Notes under the pieces: generated by a model
The model's input: only the letters and a program-made list of their open reading frames with translations
Databases searched by the model: none
What the model was told of the DNA's origin: nothing
Sequence record: PZ151149.1
DNA: 64,000 nucleotides
Strand: one strand, 5' to 3'
Source: a phage
Position numbers and translations under genes: made by a program
In this document: positions 18,684 through 27,222 of the stretch, in pieces
Layout: every line of letters begins with the position of its first letter
Position numbering within the stretch: the stretch's first letter is position 1

Positions 18684-18878
18684 TTATACATTTTCAATCA
18701 ACCATTGCAGGTGGGCTTCTTCGGCAACCAGTTCAGCGCGGCTTTTCTCTAAGCACTTGCTATATTCTTTACGTTCCCAGTCAGCAATTTCGTTTTTCAG
18801 GACTTCTTCATAGTAAGCAATTACGCCTTTCAGGTCTGAAACTTTACGGCTTGTCAGTTCGATGTAATGGTTACGCAT
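18684..18878 (-). CDS. hypothetical protein
   Basis: 64 aa; AAGGAGAATCAAA SD. Confidence 0.5.
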   Translation of the reverse strand: MRNHYIELTSRKVSDLKGVIAYYEEVLKNEIADWERKEYSKCLEKSRAELVAEEAHLQWLIENV

Positions 18879-18973
18879 TTTGATTCTCCTTTGTTACTAG
18901 ATAACGAATTTGGTCTTGCATTGCAATCAGTTCCCAGCGTGCTACTTTCATCATGGAAACTGTCTCTTTGAAC

Positions 18974-19006
18974 ATAATATTAGCCCTTTCCTTCTCTCCT
19001 GTCAAG
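18974..19006 (-). promoter_or_regulatory. early promoter (sigma70-like)
   Basis: TTGACA, 17 nt, TAATAT on minus strand. Confidence 0.45.
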
Positions 19007-19088
19007 TAGATTTCTGCAATTTTTTTCACAAAATTTTTGGGTTTCTTCATTCTTAAACGGTTTCATATAAGTCAACCTTTTGTTTTCG

Positions 19089-19126
19089 ATGGGGATATTA
19101 TGCTATATCCCCGATCTGGTGTCAAT
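19089..19126 (-). promoter_or_regulatory. early promoter with stem-loop (PeSL-like)
   Basis: TTGACA, 17 nt, CATAAT; stem GGGGATAT/ATATCCCC, a compensatory variant of the GGGAGTA stem. Confidence 0.55.
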
Positions 19127-19134
19127 AACTTTTT

Positions 19135-19434
19135 TTAATCTTTTTTCAGTGCATCCATTACTCGCTCTGCGATCAGTTCTCTTAAGCACTGATAACCATG
19201 ATATTTGATGGCAATGTCACGCAGATCATTAACCAGTTCCCGTACTTCATGGTCTTTCAAATCGTCTCTGTATTTCGATTTAACCGTGTCTTTAGGTGGA
19301 TTGCGGATAACCTGAAAACCTTGTTCTGCAATCACTGCGGCTTCTCGCTGACGTTCATGCTGTACGGTGTTTTTGATCAGGTCCGCTTCCATGAACTTTG
19401 CCATGCTCATCATCATGTTATTCTTTTTGCTCAT
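19135..19434 (-). CDS. hypothetical protein
   Basis: ORF 19135..19470 trimmed to the ATG at 19434 (GAGGA SD), because the track start lies inside the promoter hairpin. Confidence 0.5.
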   Translation of the reverse strand: MSKKNNMMMSMAKFMEADLIKNTVQHERQREAAVIAEQGFQVIRNPPKDTVKSKYRDDLKDHEVRELVNDLRDIAIKYHGYQCLRELIAERVMDALKKD

Positions 19435-19455
19435 TATTAAATCCTCATAAAAGAA

Positions 19456-19497
19456 AAGGGAGACTCCCATTATAGAGAATCTCCCTTGTATGTCAAG
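19456..19497 (-). promoter_or_regulatory. early promoter with stem-loop (PeSL-like)
   Basis: TTGACA, 16-17 nt, TATAAT; stem GGGAGA/TCTCCC. Confidence 0.55.
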
Positions 19498-19501
19498 TGT
19501 T

Positions 19502-21325
19502 TTAGCTACACATCCACTCTTTACGGCGGTCTGAATCTTCGCTATAGAGCAAATCGAATAGCTCTTTATAGTTTTCTGGTAACGTGATGATCTCCATTAC
19601 AGGATCGTTGATAACGCGATGATAATCTGATTCTGTAAGCGATGCTAACCCTTTAATATATCGAATGTTATAACCTTTGATATTATCTCGATCGTTCTCG
19701 AAATCTTCTAGGTCATAATACCATCGAACATCATCACCTTTCTTTGGTTCCGCAATGATAATAGGTGTTTTGATAAACCGGATTCGTCCATCTTCGAACA
19801 ATTCAGGCCAACGTGCAAAGAAAGAGATCAGACTAGGTTTAATAGACCCGATCCCGTCGGTATCCGCGTCGGTCATAATCGCAATATTTTTGTATTGCAT
19901 AACTTCCAATGCATCAACACCAAATTGCAAGCCAGTGATCGCCATGATGTTAAAAATTTCGGCGTTCTTAACGATCTTTGCCTCCGGTTGTTCCCACGTT
20001 GTAAGAGTTTTGCCTCGCAACGGGAAACCTCCATGTAAATCTTGATCACGTACAGAGATCAGATAGTTGATCGCGGAATCACCTTCCGTCAAAAACAGGG
20101 TAGTTTCTGCGTCAGTTCCAATAAGGTTAGCTTTAACGTGTTTTGCTACCTTAGCCCGTTTTGCTGCCTTTGCTGCCTTAGTCGCTGCCGCTTTATCTGC
20201 TGCCTCTTTGCGTGCCAGGACTACAGCAATAATAGGCATGATAATGTTTTCTTTCTTCGCAATGACTTTAGCCAGCTTTTTAAAATCAAGATCAATATGA
20301 CGCTTGATATCACCAGTTGGATTAGTCAATCGTTCTTTTGTCTGTGAATCAAAACGAAGGTTAGGCAATTCACGAACAATAAGAATACAGGTCAATCCAG
20401 ACTTAACCGCAGCTTTAGTAACATCAACCTTATATTCTTTCTTGATTCGTTTTACAATCTCTTCACAAAGATCATCTGTCACGTAGTCTACGTGGGTTCC
20501 CCCGTTTTTGGTAAACAGACCATTAGCAAAGGATACTGATTTAAAACCTTCACCCTCAACCGCAGGAACTAGAGCAAGTGAAAAGTTTTTATCTTCGATG
20601 ACAAACGGATCATCATTGTATAGTTTAGCATAGTCCTTGAACTTGCTGGTTATCTTTTTGCCATTAAACTTAAACGTGATCTTAGGAAAGATTACACTTA
20701 AGGAATACATACGGTCACAAATTACATCTGAAATTTCTTGTGACATGATCATGCCTTCAAAATGATCGAAATCAGGGCAGAATGTAACCTTAGTCCCTTT
20801 CAGCTTTGATGGTTTAGATGACCAACTAATATTTTCAGCACCATTGGTGCATTGTACGGTCAATTCATTCTCACCATCGCATGTCACACCAGTAAACCAC
20901 GATGAGAAAAATGATGTGAGAGCGCTTCCTATCCCATTCATCCCCATAGTGACACGATTTGTATCATCAAAGTTAGATCCTGCTTTAGCTCGTGTCCATG
21001 CAGCCACTGGTTGGGGAATCTGTTTCCCTTCTGGTGTAGTGACTATATGTTGTGGAATGCCGCGACCGTTATCTGTTACCGACACAATGTTATCTTTGAT
21101 ATCTACGCTAATAACATTAGCGTATTCAAAATTAGTGCGGATCGCTTCGTCTACCGAGTTGTCGATAATCTCATCAATAATTTTAACTAGACCTGGAACA
21201 TATGATACTTTGGTCCATTTTCCAAAAAGGAAACGATTATGTGATTCATAAGTCGTTGACCCGATGTACATTGAAGGTCTTTTAAGACAGTGAGCGCGAT
21301 CATCTAACAGCAAAAATTCACTCAT
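19502..21325 (-). CDS. 39: DNA topoisomerase II large subunit (GyrB-like, genes 39 and 60 fused)
   Basis: 607 aa, single uninterrupted ORF; GHKL ATPase motif DNGRGIP; roughly T4 gp39 (516) plus gp60 (160). Confidence 0.9.
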   Translation of the reverse strand: MSEFLLLDDRAHCLKRPSMYIGSTTYESHNRFLFGKWTKVSYVPGLVKIIDEIIDNSVDEAIRTNFEYANVISVDIKDNIVSVTDNGRGIPQHIVTTPEGKQIPQPVAAWTRAKAGSNFDDTNRVTMGMNGIGSALTSFFSSWFTGVTCDGENELTVQCTNGAENISWSSKPSKLKGTKVTFCPDFDHFEGMIMSQEISDVICDRMYSLSVIFPKITFKFNGKKITSKFKDYAKLYNDDPFVIEDKNFSLALVPAVEGEGFKSVSFANGLFTKNGGTHVDYVTDDLCEEIVKRIKKEYKVDVTKAAVKSGLTCILIVRELPNLRFDSQTKERLTNPTGDIKRHIDLDFKKLAKVIAKKENIIMPIIAVVLARKEAADKAAATKAAKAAKRAKVAKHVKANLIGTDAETTLFLTEGDSAINYLISVRDQDLHGGFPLRGKTLTTWEQPEAKIVKNAEIFNIMAITGLQFGVDALEVMQYKNIAIMTDADTDGIGSIKPSLISFFARWPELFEDGRIRFIKTPIIIAEPKKGDDVRWYYDLEDFENDRDNIKGYNIRYIKGLASLTESDYHRVINDPVMEIITLPENYKELFDLLYSEDSDRRKEWMCS

Positions 21326-21424
21326 TATTAAACCTCTTCATAACATAACCATAACTTACTGCAACCGCCACAAAGACGGCTGCAACAATCATATTAAAAA
21401 TTGAGTGATTGTCAAGTATATGAC

Positions 21425-21598
21425 TCATGACACGCGCACATTTTTATCATAATACCCGCCATTAATCCCGCGCGGGGCAGTTAATCCCTGTTTACATTCT
21501 TTCCCACATTCAGGACATTCTGCCTTTTCACGCTCGGAAATTTTGCGGATTTTCTGAAATTGACCGTGTTCTTCACAAGAATAATCATATAATGGCAT
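21425..21598 (-). CDS. zinc-ribbon protein (FmdB-like)
   Basis: 57 aa from the ATG at 21598 (AAGGGG SD); YDYSCEEHG...CPECG pattern. Confidence 0.55.
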   Translation of the reverse strand: MPLYDYSCEEHGQFQKIRKISEREKAECPECGKECKQGLTAPRGINGGYYDKNVRVS

Positions 21599-21599
21599 A

Positions 21600-22268
21600 T
21601 TATCCCCTTTGTTTCTTAACTGAATTTGGATCTGGATTTTCTGGCAAGTCTTCCAGACCCATAGCATAACGTTGTGCATAGATTAGCATAAGAATATCGC
21701 GAGCGCAATCATGAATTGCATCATGCGCTATAAATCCGTCTAGCGTACCCATTGGTAACGGGCATTCACACATACCGCGATGCATCAATGTACGCTCAAT
21801 GGCGGTACGAACATCTCGGATGTTCCAGAATCGCACAGGTTCAAGATTGAACGTCTCACGGGTATTATGAGCACGTCGAATCATATCAACCAGCAACGGA
21901 ATATCAAACGCATTACCGCGTGACCACATTACTGATTTAACCGGATCTACTCCTACAGATTCACAGAATGCGTTAAAACGCGCTAAACCTTCTTTAGTTG
22001 ATACTTCCGTACCATTTGTGATTAATTGCTTTCTCATGCCTTCTGAGGCGGTATTCTTCCACCATTCAACCACACCATGATCAAACACCCTTACACCTTT
22101 CTGGGAAGGAATATCAAATTTTACCAGAAAGGAATTGTCAACCAGTTCTTTAAATGTAGGTGGATTGTGCGGATCTTCTTTAAATCCGATTGCCGCCATA
22201 TTGATCACCGCCCCATCAGGCGGATAACCTAAACTTTCAAAGTCAATCATTAAATCCACTGGAAGCAT
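21600..22268 (-). CDS. dexA: exonuclease A
   Basis: Start at internal ATG 22268 (GGAGGA SD); blocks DFE..G, EWWKN, LEP.KFWN.RD.RT, CPLP.GTLDGF.AHD.IHDCA.DILM..YA.RYAMGLED match remembered T4 DexA. Confidence 0.85.
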   Translation of the reverse strand: MLPVDLMIDFESLGYPPDGAVINMAAIGFKEDPHNPPTFKELVDNSFLVKFDIPSQKGVRVFDHGVVEWWKNTASEGMRKQLITNGTEVSTKEGLARFNAFCESVGVDPVKSVMWSRGNAFDIPLLVDMIRRAHNTRETFNLEPVRFWNIRDVRTAIERTLMHRGMCECPLPMGTLDGFIAHDAIHDCARDILMLIYAQRYAMGLEDLPENPDPNSVKKQRG

Positions 22269-22269
22269 T

Positions 22270-22512
22270 TTAAATATCCTCCGCGATATGCCGGAACAAA
22301 TCCAGATCGTTTTTATCCAGAATGAAACCGCTACAATCAATAATCCCGTTACCGTAATTATCGGTTAACAGTCGGTCCGTTGCCATGTATGCGCGTACTT
22401 TGTTGTTAAAATTAATTACATGTTGTGCATAGTCACAATGAATCTTTTGACGGTTCCACGCGACAATTGATTGTAGATGTATTACATTAGCAATATTATT
22501 AATAACAACCAT
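22270..22512 (-). CDS. hypothetical protein
   Basis: 80 aa ORF. Confidence 0.5.
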   Translation of the reverse strand: MVVINNIANVIHLQSIVAWNRQKIHCDYAQHVINFNNKVRAYMATDRLLTDNYGNGIIDCSGFILDKNDLDLFRHIAEDI

Positions 22513-22513
22513 A

Positions 22514-22681
22514 TCAAAAACCTCGCTTAGTGAAATGCTCGATCATTTTATTGATACATGCAGCTTCACTATCGCCGGACACGTTCCAGCCGTATAGACC
22601 CCATCTAAAGCACATGGTAACAGTTCCATTGTGACGGCTTACCGTCACATCATTAAATTCTGGGATACTTCGCATAATCAT
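22514..22681 (-). CDS. hypothetical small protein
   Basis: 55-aa ORF found by hand between dda and the next gene; GAGGA SD. Confidence 0.35.
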   Translation of the reverse strand: MIMRSIPEFNDVTVSRHNGTVTMCFRWGLYGWNVSGDSEAACINKMIEHFTKRGF

Positions 22682-22691
22682 AATAATTTCC

Positions 22692-24083
22692 TCAAATATA
22701 GTCTACTCGATACCTCGCACGGGTAACACCCACATATAATAACTGCATTGCCAATTCAAAGTCAACATTGTCTGTACACATGCAAGGAGTATACAGGAAC
22801 ACGCGGTCTACGCTGATCCCTTGTGACTTATGAATGGTGCAAGCTGGTAATGCTTTTACATTCAAGAACATACGCTTCATCGTCCAGAATGAATCCCAAT
22901 CTGGTTTAAATTTTGGATTCTCTTTCTTCATTTCGCGATATTGTCCGGCGACCGTATTCAGATAGATAGAGAAAATGTTCTTCTGACGTTGTTCTGTCAG
23001 AATGTTGATTTCTACTAAATCCGGTTTATCTGTAGTGATTCCGACTGCATCTAAACCGACTTTCTGATTTAGGATTTCTTTGTCTTCGTCATCATCGACG
23101 CTTTCCACTTTCAGAGTATAGCCTAAAACTGGTTGCGGATCGACCCCCGTGCAACGTAATATAAATTCACGCGGGATGACCTCTTTAACTCGGATCATCT
23201 CACCATTGTTAAAAATAACATTGGGAATCTTCTTCCCGCGTTCATCTCGCAGATATTCGATCAATGGTTCCTGAGTAACCAGAATTTCATCTACAATCAC
23301 TGGTTCATCGGTGTTATAAACGCGCTTACGTACAATTTCATTGAGTTTTTCGACGCTCTTGTTAGTGTAGGCCAGAATACGGTTTTCTAGAAGGTCTTCC
23401 GGCGTTTTAACGGTTTCGAAATAATGCTTCATAAATTCCGGCAGAGTTGAGCTATGGAATACACCCTCGTTACCGCACTGCTTTTCGAATACCCATTTAC
23501 CGTTACGGACAGCGGTCGCCACATCAATGATCGGTGCATTAGATCGTTTAATTTCTGTCAACTCCACGTTTTGAAAATTTTCATCCGTGAAGAAAGGAGA
23601 AATTGACGTTGCACCGCTCGGATCAACTGGTCGTAACTGGTGCGGATCGCCAACTGCAATAACAACAATTCGACCGTTGATACTCTTCATGAGAATATCA
23701 AATAACTTCTTATCGACCATACTCGCTTCATCAACAATGATGATCTGAACATCATCTAGCTTAGGAGTATCTTTTTGCTCAAATACTTGAGTATCTTCAT
23801 AGTTGGTCGGGTTTAGTCGCAGTAGTGCATGTAAAGTAAATGCTTGACGACCTACCGCTTTACTCAAAACTTTTTTAGCTTGGTGGGTAGGCGTTGCCAA
23901 AACCACACCAGTTACACCACGGCGGACCATTTCCTGAACAATGAATTTCATCATTGCGGTTTTACCAGTACCCGCCGCACCACGGACAGTTGTATGCTTC
24001 TTTTGTTCAATGCGTTTCATTAGAACATCAAAAGCATGTTTTTGCCCGTCTGTCAACATATCGAAAGTTAATACTCTGCTCAT
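22692..24083 (-). CDS. dda: DNA helicase Dda (SF1)
   Basis: 463 aa; Walker A GAAGTGKT; blocks TFD.LT.GQK.AF, ILA.PTH.AKK.LSK, RSNAPIIDVAT.VRNGKW, LYVGVTR match T4 Dda. Confidence 0.9.
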   Translation of the reverse strand: MSRVLTFDMLTDGQKHAFDVLMKRIEQKKHTTVRGAAGTGKTAMMKFIVQEMVRRGVTGVVLATPTHQAKKVLSKAVGRQAFTLHALLRLNPTNYEDTQVFEQKDTPKLDDVQIIIVDEASMVDKKLFDILMKSINGRIVVIAVGDPHQLRPVDPSGATSISPFFTDENFQNVELTEIKRSNAPIIDVATAVRNGKWVFEKQCGNEGVFHSSTLPEFMKHYFETVKTPEDLLENRILAYTNKSVEKLNEIVRKRVYNTDEPVIVDEILVTQEPLIEYLRDERGKKIPNVIFNNGEMIRVKEVIPREFILRCTGVDPQPVLGYTLKVESVDDDEDKEILNQKVGLDAVGITTDKPDLVEINILTEQRQKNIFSIYLNTVAGQYREMKKENPKFKPDWDSFWTMKRMFLNVKALPACTIHKSQGISVDRVFLYTPCMCTDNVDFELAMQLLYVGVTRARYRVDYI

Positions 24084-24397
24084 TATCCTAAAATCCTCAC
24101 CTTGCGAACACAGATAGTATTGAGTTCTCGCCGTACCCGTTCTTTTTCATATTCAGGAATTTTATATTCGATACCATCCCGAACAATTTCAGAAGACCGG
24201 ATTATGCCAAATTTTCGTTTAGGTACAACCTTGTATTTCGGTTCACCTGCCAATAGACTCTCACAATAATCTATCTGATCACACATTGACGCTAACGCAG
24301 CATCATGTGTTTCGCAAGTTAGGACGCGACCTTTCGCGTCCACTGAGTATTGAAAGAATCCGTCTTTATCACGATAACATACAGCAAATACATGCAT
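24083..24397 (-). CDS. hypothetical protein
   Basis: 104 aa; start overlaps the dda stop region. Confidence 0.5.
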   Translation of the reverse strand: MHVFAVCYRDKDGFFQYSVDAKGRVLTCETHDAALASMCDQIDYCESLLAGEPKYKVVPKRKFGIIRSSEIVRDGIEYKIPEYEKERVRRELNTICVRKVRILG

Positions 24398-25152
24398 TAT
24401 AAACCTACCTTCGCTTTCATCAATTCAATCCACGACGCATCAATCGGAAGCCCGTATTTCACGCGTTCTTTTTGTGCTGGCGTTAAGTTCTCATACTTAG
24501 AAAGAGATTCAATCAAAACGCTGGTATATTTTAGCACGATTTCGGTATTGTTTGCAATAGCCTTAAGTTTTTCTTCTTTCTTGTTGATTTCGCTAAGGGC
24601 TTGCTTGAGATCTGCAATTTTCTGATAACGTTCTTCCATACGGAAGAGAGTATTTTTAATCGCTCTCTCGGCTGCCTCTGCTTTCTCCGGTTCGTTGTGC
24701 TTTTTGTGGCGCTCGATTGCTAATTTCTTTTCTTCGATTGCCATTTCCTGATTTTTGATGCGATTCTCGTTAAGTTCGATCCACTCGATGTACTTCGCAC
24801 GTAGGGCAATTTCATCATCAGAAAGTTTACCGTTAGTTCCTAGTTCCTGGATCTCTTTAAGAGATTCGATAGTGTGATTACCACGGAAAGAATTGTATTT
24901 CAGTTTAACTGGAATCACATTGCCATCAACATATCCCAGATTGCAATCAATACGCTCTAAGGAGAGTCCATCATCACCTTCACCAAACTCCTCACCTGAA
25001 TATGCGCAATGAGTCTGGCGATAGATGTTACGCACAGTGACTAAGCTCATAGAGAAGTCTTTGTTACGACGAGAAGCGCCAGCCATGATAGAGTTCAGAC
25101 GGAAAACAACCAGCGCCAATTCTTCGTTAGATTTAAAAGCAAACAGTTTCAT
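24397..25152 (-). CDS. hypothetical protein with C-terminal coiled coil (Srd-like by position and size)
   Basis: 251 aa; N-terminal Cys/Gly-rich segment, C-terminal E/K-rich heptads; position corresponds to T4 srd; no sequence match verified. Confidence 0.5.
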   Translation of the reverse strand: MKLFAFKSNEELALVVFRLNSIMAGASRRNKDFSMSLVTVRNIYRQTHCAYSGEEFGEGDDGLSLERIDCNLGYVDGNVIPVKLKYNSFRGNHTIESLKEIQELGTNGKLSDDEIALRAKYIEWIELNENRIKNQEMAIEEKKLAIERHKKHNEPEKAEAAERAIKNTLFRMEERYQKIADLKQALSEINKKEEKLKAIANNTEIVLKYTSVLIESLSKYENLTPAQKERVKYGLPIDASWIELMKAKVGL

Positions 25153-25179
25153 AATTGATTCTCCTTAGTTGGTATGTGT

Positions 25180-25211
25180 GTATTATTGTCTATCTGGTTT
25201 GTGTTGTCAAC
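25180..25211 (-). promoter_or_regulatory. early promoter (sigma70-like)
   Basis: TTGACA, 17 nt, AATAAT/TAATAC; followed by AAGGAGAATCAATT-ATG. Confidence 0.5.
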
Positions 25212-25213
25212 AC

Positions 25214-25717
25214 TTAAATTAAAGAAAATTTGTAAATCTCTATCAGGTCGCCATTGCACGCGTAAACTTCCTCAATCTCATCAAGGATCATGGTCGTCCC
25301 TGTCTTGTATATGCACTCGCGCTCATCCGCCAACATAGCATACAAAGACAGTCGAGTAGTCGGATTGTCATATTCTTTAGACACCACTCGGTCAATAGCA
25401 TGTTCGTAATAATTCATGCAAGGCTTGGTGGGTTTTATTGCAATAATCTTTCCTGTTGCATAAACATCGGTTGCAAAGTCCTCTGCTGTTGATTGCAGTG
25501 GCGTAAAGCTCATAGGACGCTCTACAACGAAAGAATCGCCTACAATTAAGGTATCCAGCTTACGACCTTCTCTTTTGCTCACACCGCGATACAAGGCTTC
25601 GTGATGCACTAACCGCTCAGTCTTTTCAATCAATCCATTAAGGATCGACATATCGATATTTTCTTTAGAGTTCATCACTTCATCAATGATGTTAAGTTCT
25701 TCTGGTGTGAATTGCAT
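25214..25717 (-). CDS. hypothetical protein, possible ADP-ribosyltransferase (Mod/Alt-like)
   Basis: 167 aa; candidate R-S-E triad (YRG, QST, ERE) and position next to dda as for T4 modA/modB; motif-level only. Confidence 0.5.
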   Translation of the reverse strand: MQFTPEELNIIDEVMNSKENIDMSILNGLIEKTERLVHHEALYRGVSKREGRKLDTLIVGDSFVVERPMSFTPLQSTAEDFATDVYATGKIIAIKPTKPCMNYYEHAIDRVVSKEYDNPTTRLSLYAMLADERECIYKTGTTMILDEIEEVYACNGDLIEIYKFSLI

Positions 25718-25724
25718 AATAAAA

Positions 25725-25780
25725 AAGCCTCCAATCTTTCGACGGGAGGCATAATAAAACCATGATAGAGTAGTGTCAAC
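25725..25780 (-). promoter_or_regulatory. early promoter plus 5'-UTR hairpin containing the SD
   Basis: TTGACA (25774-25779), 17 nt, TATTAT; then GCCTCC-cgtcgaaagatt-GGAGGC hairpin whose 3' arm is the GGAGG SD of the gene starting at 25717. Confidence 0.45.
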
Positions 25781-25798
25781 TATAAAGTGTATGTGATC

Positions 25799-25806
25799 TA
25801 TAAATA
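25799..25806 (+). promoter_or_regulatory. T4-type late promoter TATAAATA
   Basis: Exact TATAAATA about 30 nt upstream of the endonuclease ATG at 25837. Confidence 0.5.
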
Positions 25807-25836
25807 AGTTTGTCAGAACTAAAAGGAGATCACAAA

Positions 25837-26766
25837 ATGAACTATAAACGTATTTATGATAACCTGATTGAACGTGCTAAGACTAGAACTATCGACGGAT
25901 ATACAGAAAAGCATCACATCATACCACGTTGTATGAATGGAAGCGATGATGATAGCAATCTAGTTAGACTCACCCCAGAGGAACATTACATTGCTCACCT
26001 TCTGTTAGTTAAGATTTACCCAGATAACAGTAAATTGGTTTATGCTGCAAATATGATGTGCGTTTCTTCTGATTCACATAATGGAGAAAGACAGTCAAAT
26101 AAACGTCATGGTTGGTTGCGTAGAAAAATGGCTGAGGCACATAGTAAAAGAATCCGCGATAGAATGGAGAACGATCCTGAATATAGAGCTAAGGTTTCGG
26201 AATGGGCTAGAAAAATGGGTAAAGCCATGAAAGGAGTTAAGCGAGGACCGGAATTTAGCAGAAAGTTGGCAGAAAGAAACAGAAATACCGTGATGAAAGA
26301 AGAAACTAAACGTAAAATCGGGGAAGCCAACAAAGGAAGGAAACGTACAGAAGAATATAAAAGAAAACATAGTGAGCGGTATAAGGGTGAAGGTAATCCG
26401 ATGTATGGTAAACGAGGAAAGGACCATCCGGCATATGGTACTAAACCGTGGAACAACCAAACATCATTTGTTGAGCAGAAAGCATGGTGGCGGTTCGCTG
26501 GCATGTTCTATGACTGGTATCAGATGGATATTGACCGTGGGAAACATAAACGCCACGGTCATAAAAGAATGCTTGATGAATTGGGTTTTGTTGGTTGGCG
26601 AGAAAAAGAGCCAGCCGCAGCAAGACGATCAATTGAAATGTTTGCTAAAGGCTGGAATCCTTATGAAGACCAAGAATGGTTAGATTATATTAATACCCGC
26701 TTTCCAAACGACGATAGTTTTCCGCGTTCTTCAACATATACAAAACAAACAAATCCTTTGCAGTAA
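25837..26766 (+). CDS. free-standing HNH homing endonuclease
   Basis: 309 aa; AAGGAG SD; HNH core KHHIIPRCMNGSDDDSNLVRLTPEEHYIAH; repeated basic GK/RG segments; only plus-strand gene inside the minus-strand array. Confidence 0.8.
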   Translation: MNYKRIYDNLIERAKTRTIDGYTEKHHIIPRCMNGSDDDSNLVRLTPEEHYIAHLLLVKIYPDNSKLVYAANMMCVSSDSHNGERQSNKRHGWLRRKMAEAHSKRIRDRMENDPEYRAKVSEWARKMGKAMKGVKRGPEFSRKLAERNRNTVMKEETKRKIGEANKGRKRTEEYKRKHSERYKGEGNPMYGKRGKDHPAYGTKPWNNQTSFVEQKAWWRFAGMFYDWYQMDIDRGKHKRHGHKRMLDELGFVGWREKEPAAARRSIEMFAKGWNPYEDQEWLDYINTRFPNDDSFPRSSTYTKQTNPLQ

Positions 26767-27214
26767 GACCTAATGCTAGGAATTTACACATAATAAAATG
26801 GAGTTGGTCCACCGCCTCTAGGTATGTTTCTAGACGATCCGCCTCTGGCAAATCACTAAAGAGGCGGTTTCGTGCTTCCATGTGATTTGCTTTCCAGTGT
26901 TTCCATACCGCGCTCGCGTCCTTCCCGTTAGACATTCCACCTAATGAAGTATACAATTCTCGTGTTTCGTCGTCAAGAGCATTATCATTCGCTCGAATAA
27001 AATCTAAAATTTCTCCACACGTTTTCAATTCGTCAATTTTTGCCACCCACGGACGGTCCTTAGACACCTGATCCTGTAACGCTTTTTGCATATTCATCAT
27101 GTGTTGGAACGGGTTATCACCGTTGGCGATGATTTCTTTATATTTTTCTTCTGCAAAATTCAGAGTTTCCGCATTTACTAAGTGTGCACAAGAATTAAAT
27201 TCTGACATATTCAC
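26690..27214 (-). CDS. probable nucleotide pyrophosphatase (gene 56-like, MazG-type)
   Basis: 174 aa (T4 gp56 171); N-terminal EFNSCAHL block resembles remembered gp56 start; position between 61 and mod-like gene fits T4; 3' end overlaps the endonuclease 3' end by 77 nt. Confidence 0.45.
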   Translation of the reverse strand: MNMSEFNSCAHLVNAETLNFAEEKYKEIIANGDNPFQHMMNMQKALQDQVSKDRPWVAKIDELKTCGEILDFIRANDNALDDETRELYTSLGGMSNGKDASAVWKHWKANHMEARNRLFSDLPEADRLETYLEAVDQLHFIMCKFLALGLTAKDLFVLYMLKNAENYRRLESGY

Positions 27215-27222
27215 CTCATTAA

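Noticed and set aside
19502-21325. T4 gene 60-style translational bypass in the topoisomerase large subunit
   Set aside because: The subunit is one uninterrupted 607-aa ORF (39 and 60 fused), with no stop codon or gap that would require bypass
26095-26504. Two minus-strand ORFs (121 and 132 aa)
   Set aside because: Antisense to the HNH endonuclease gene, whose HNH motif and SD support the plus-strand reading
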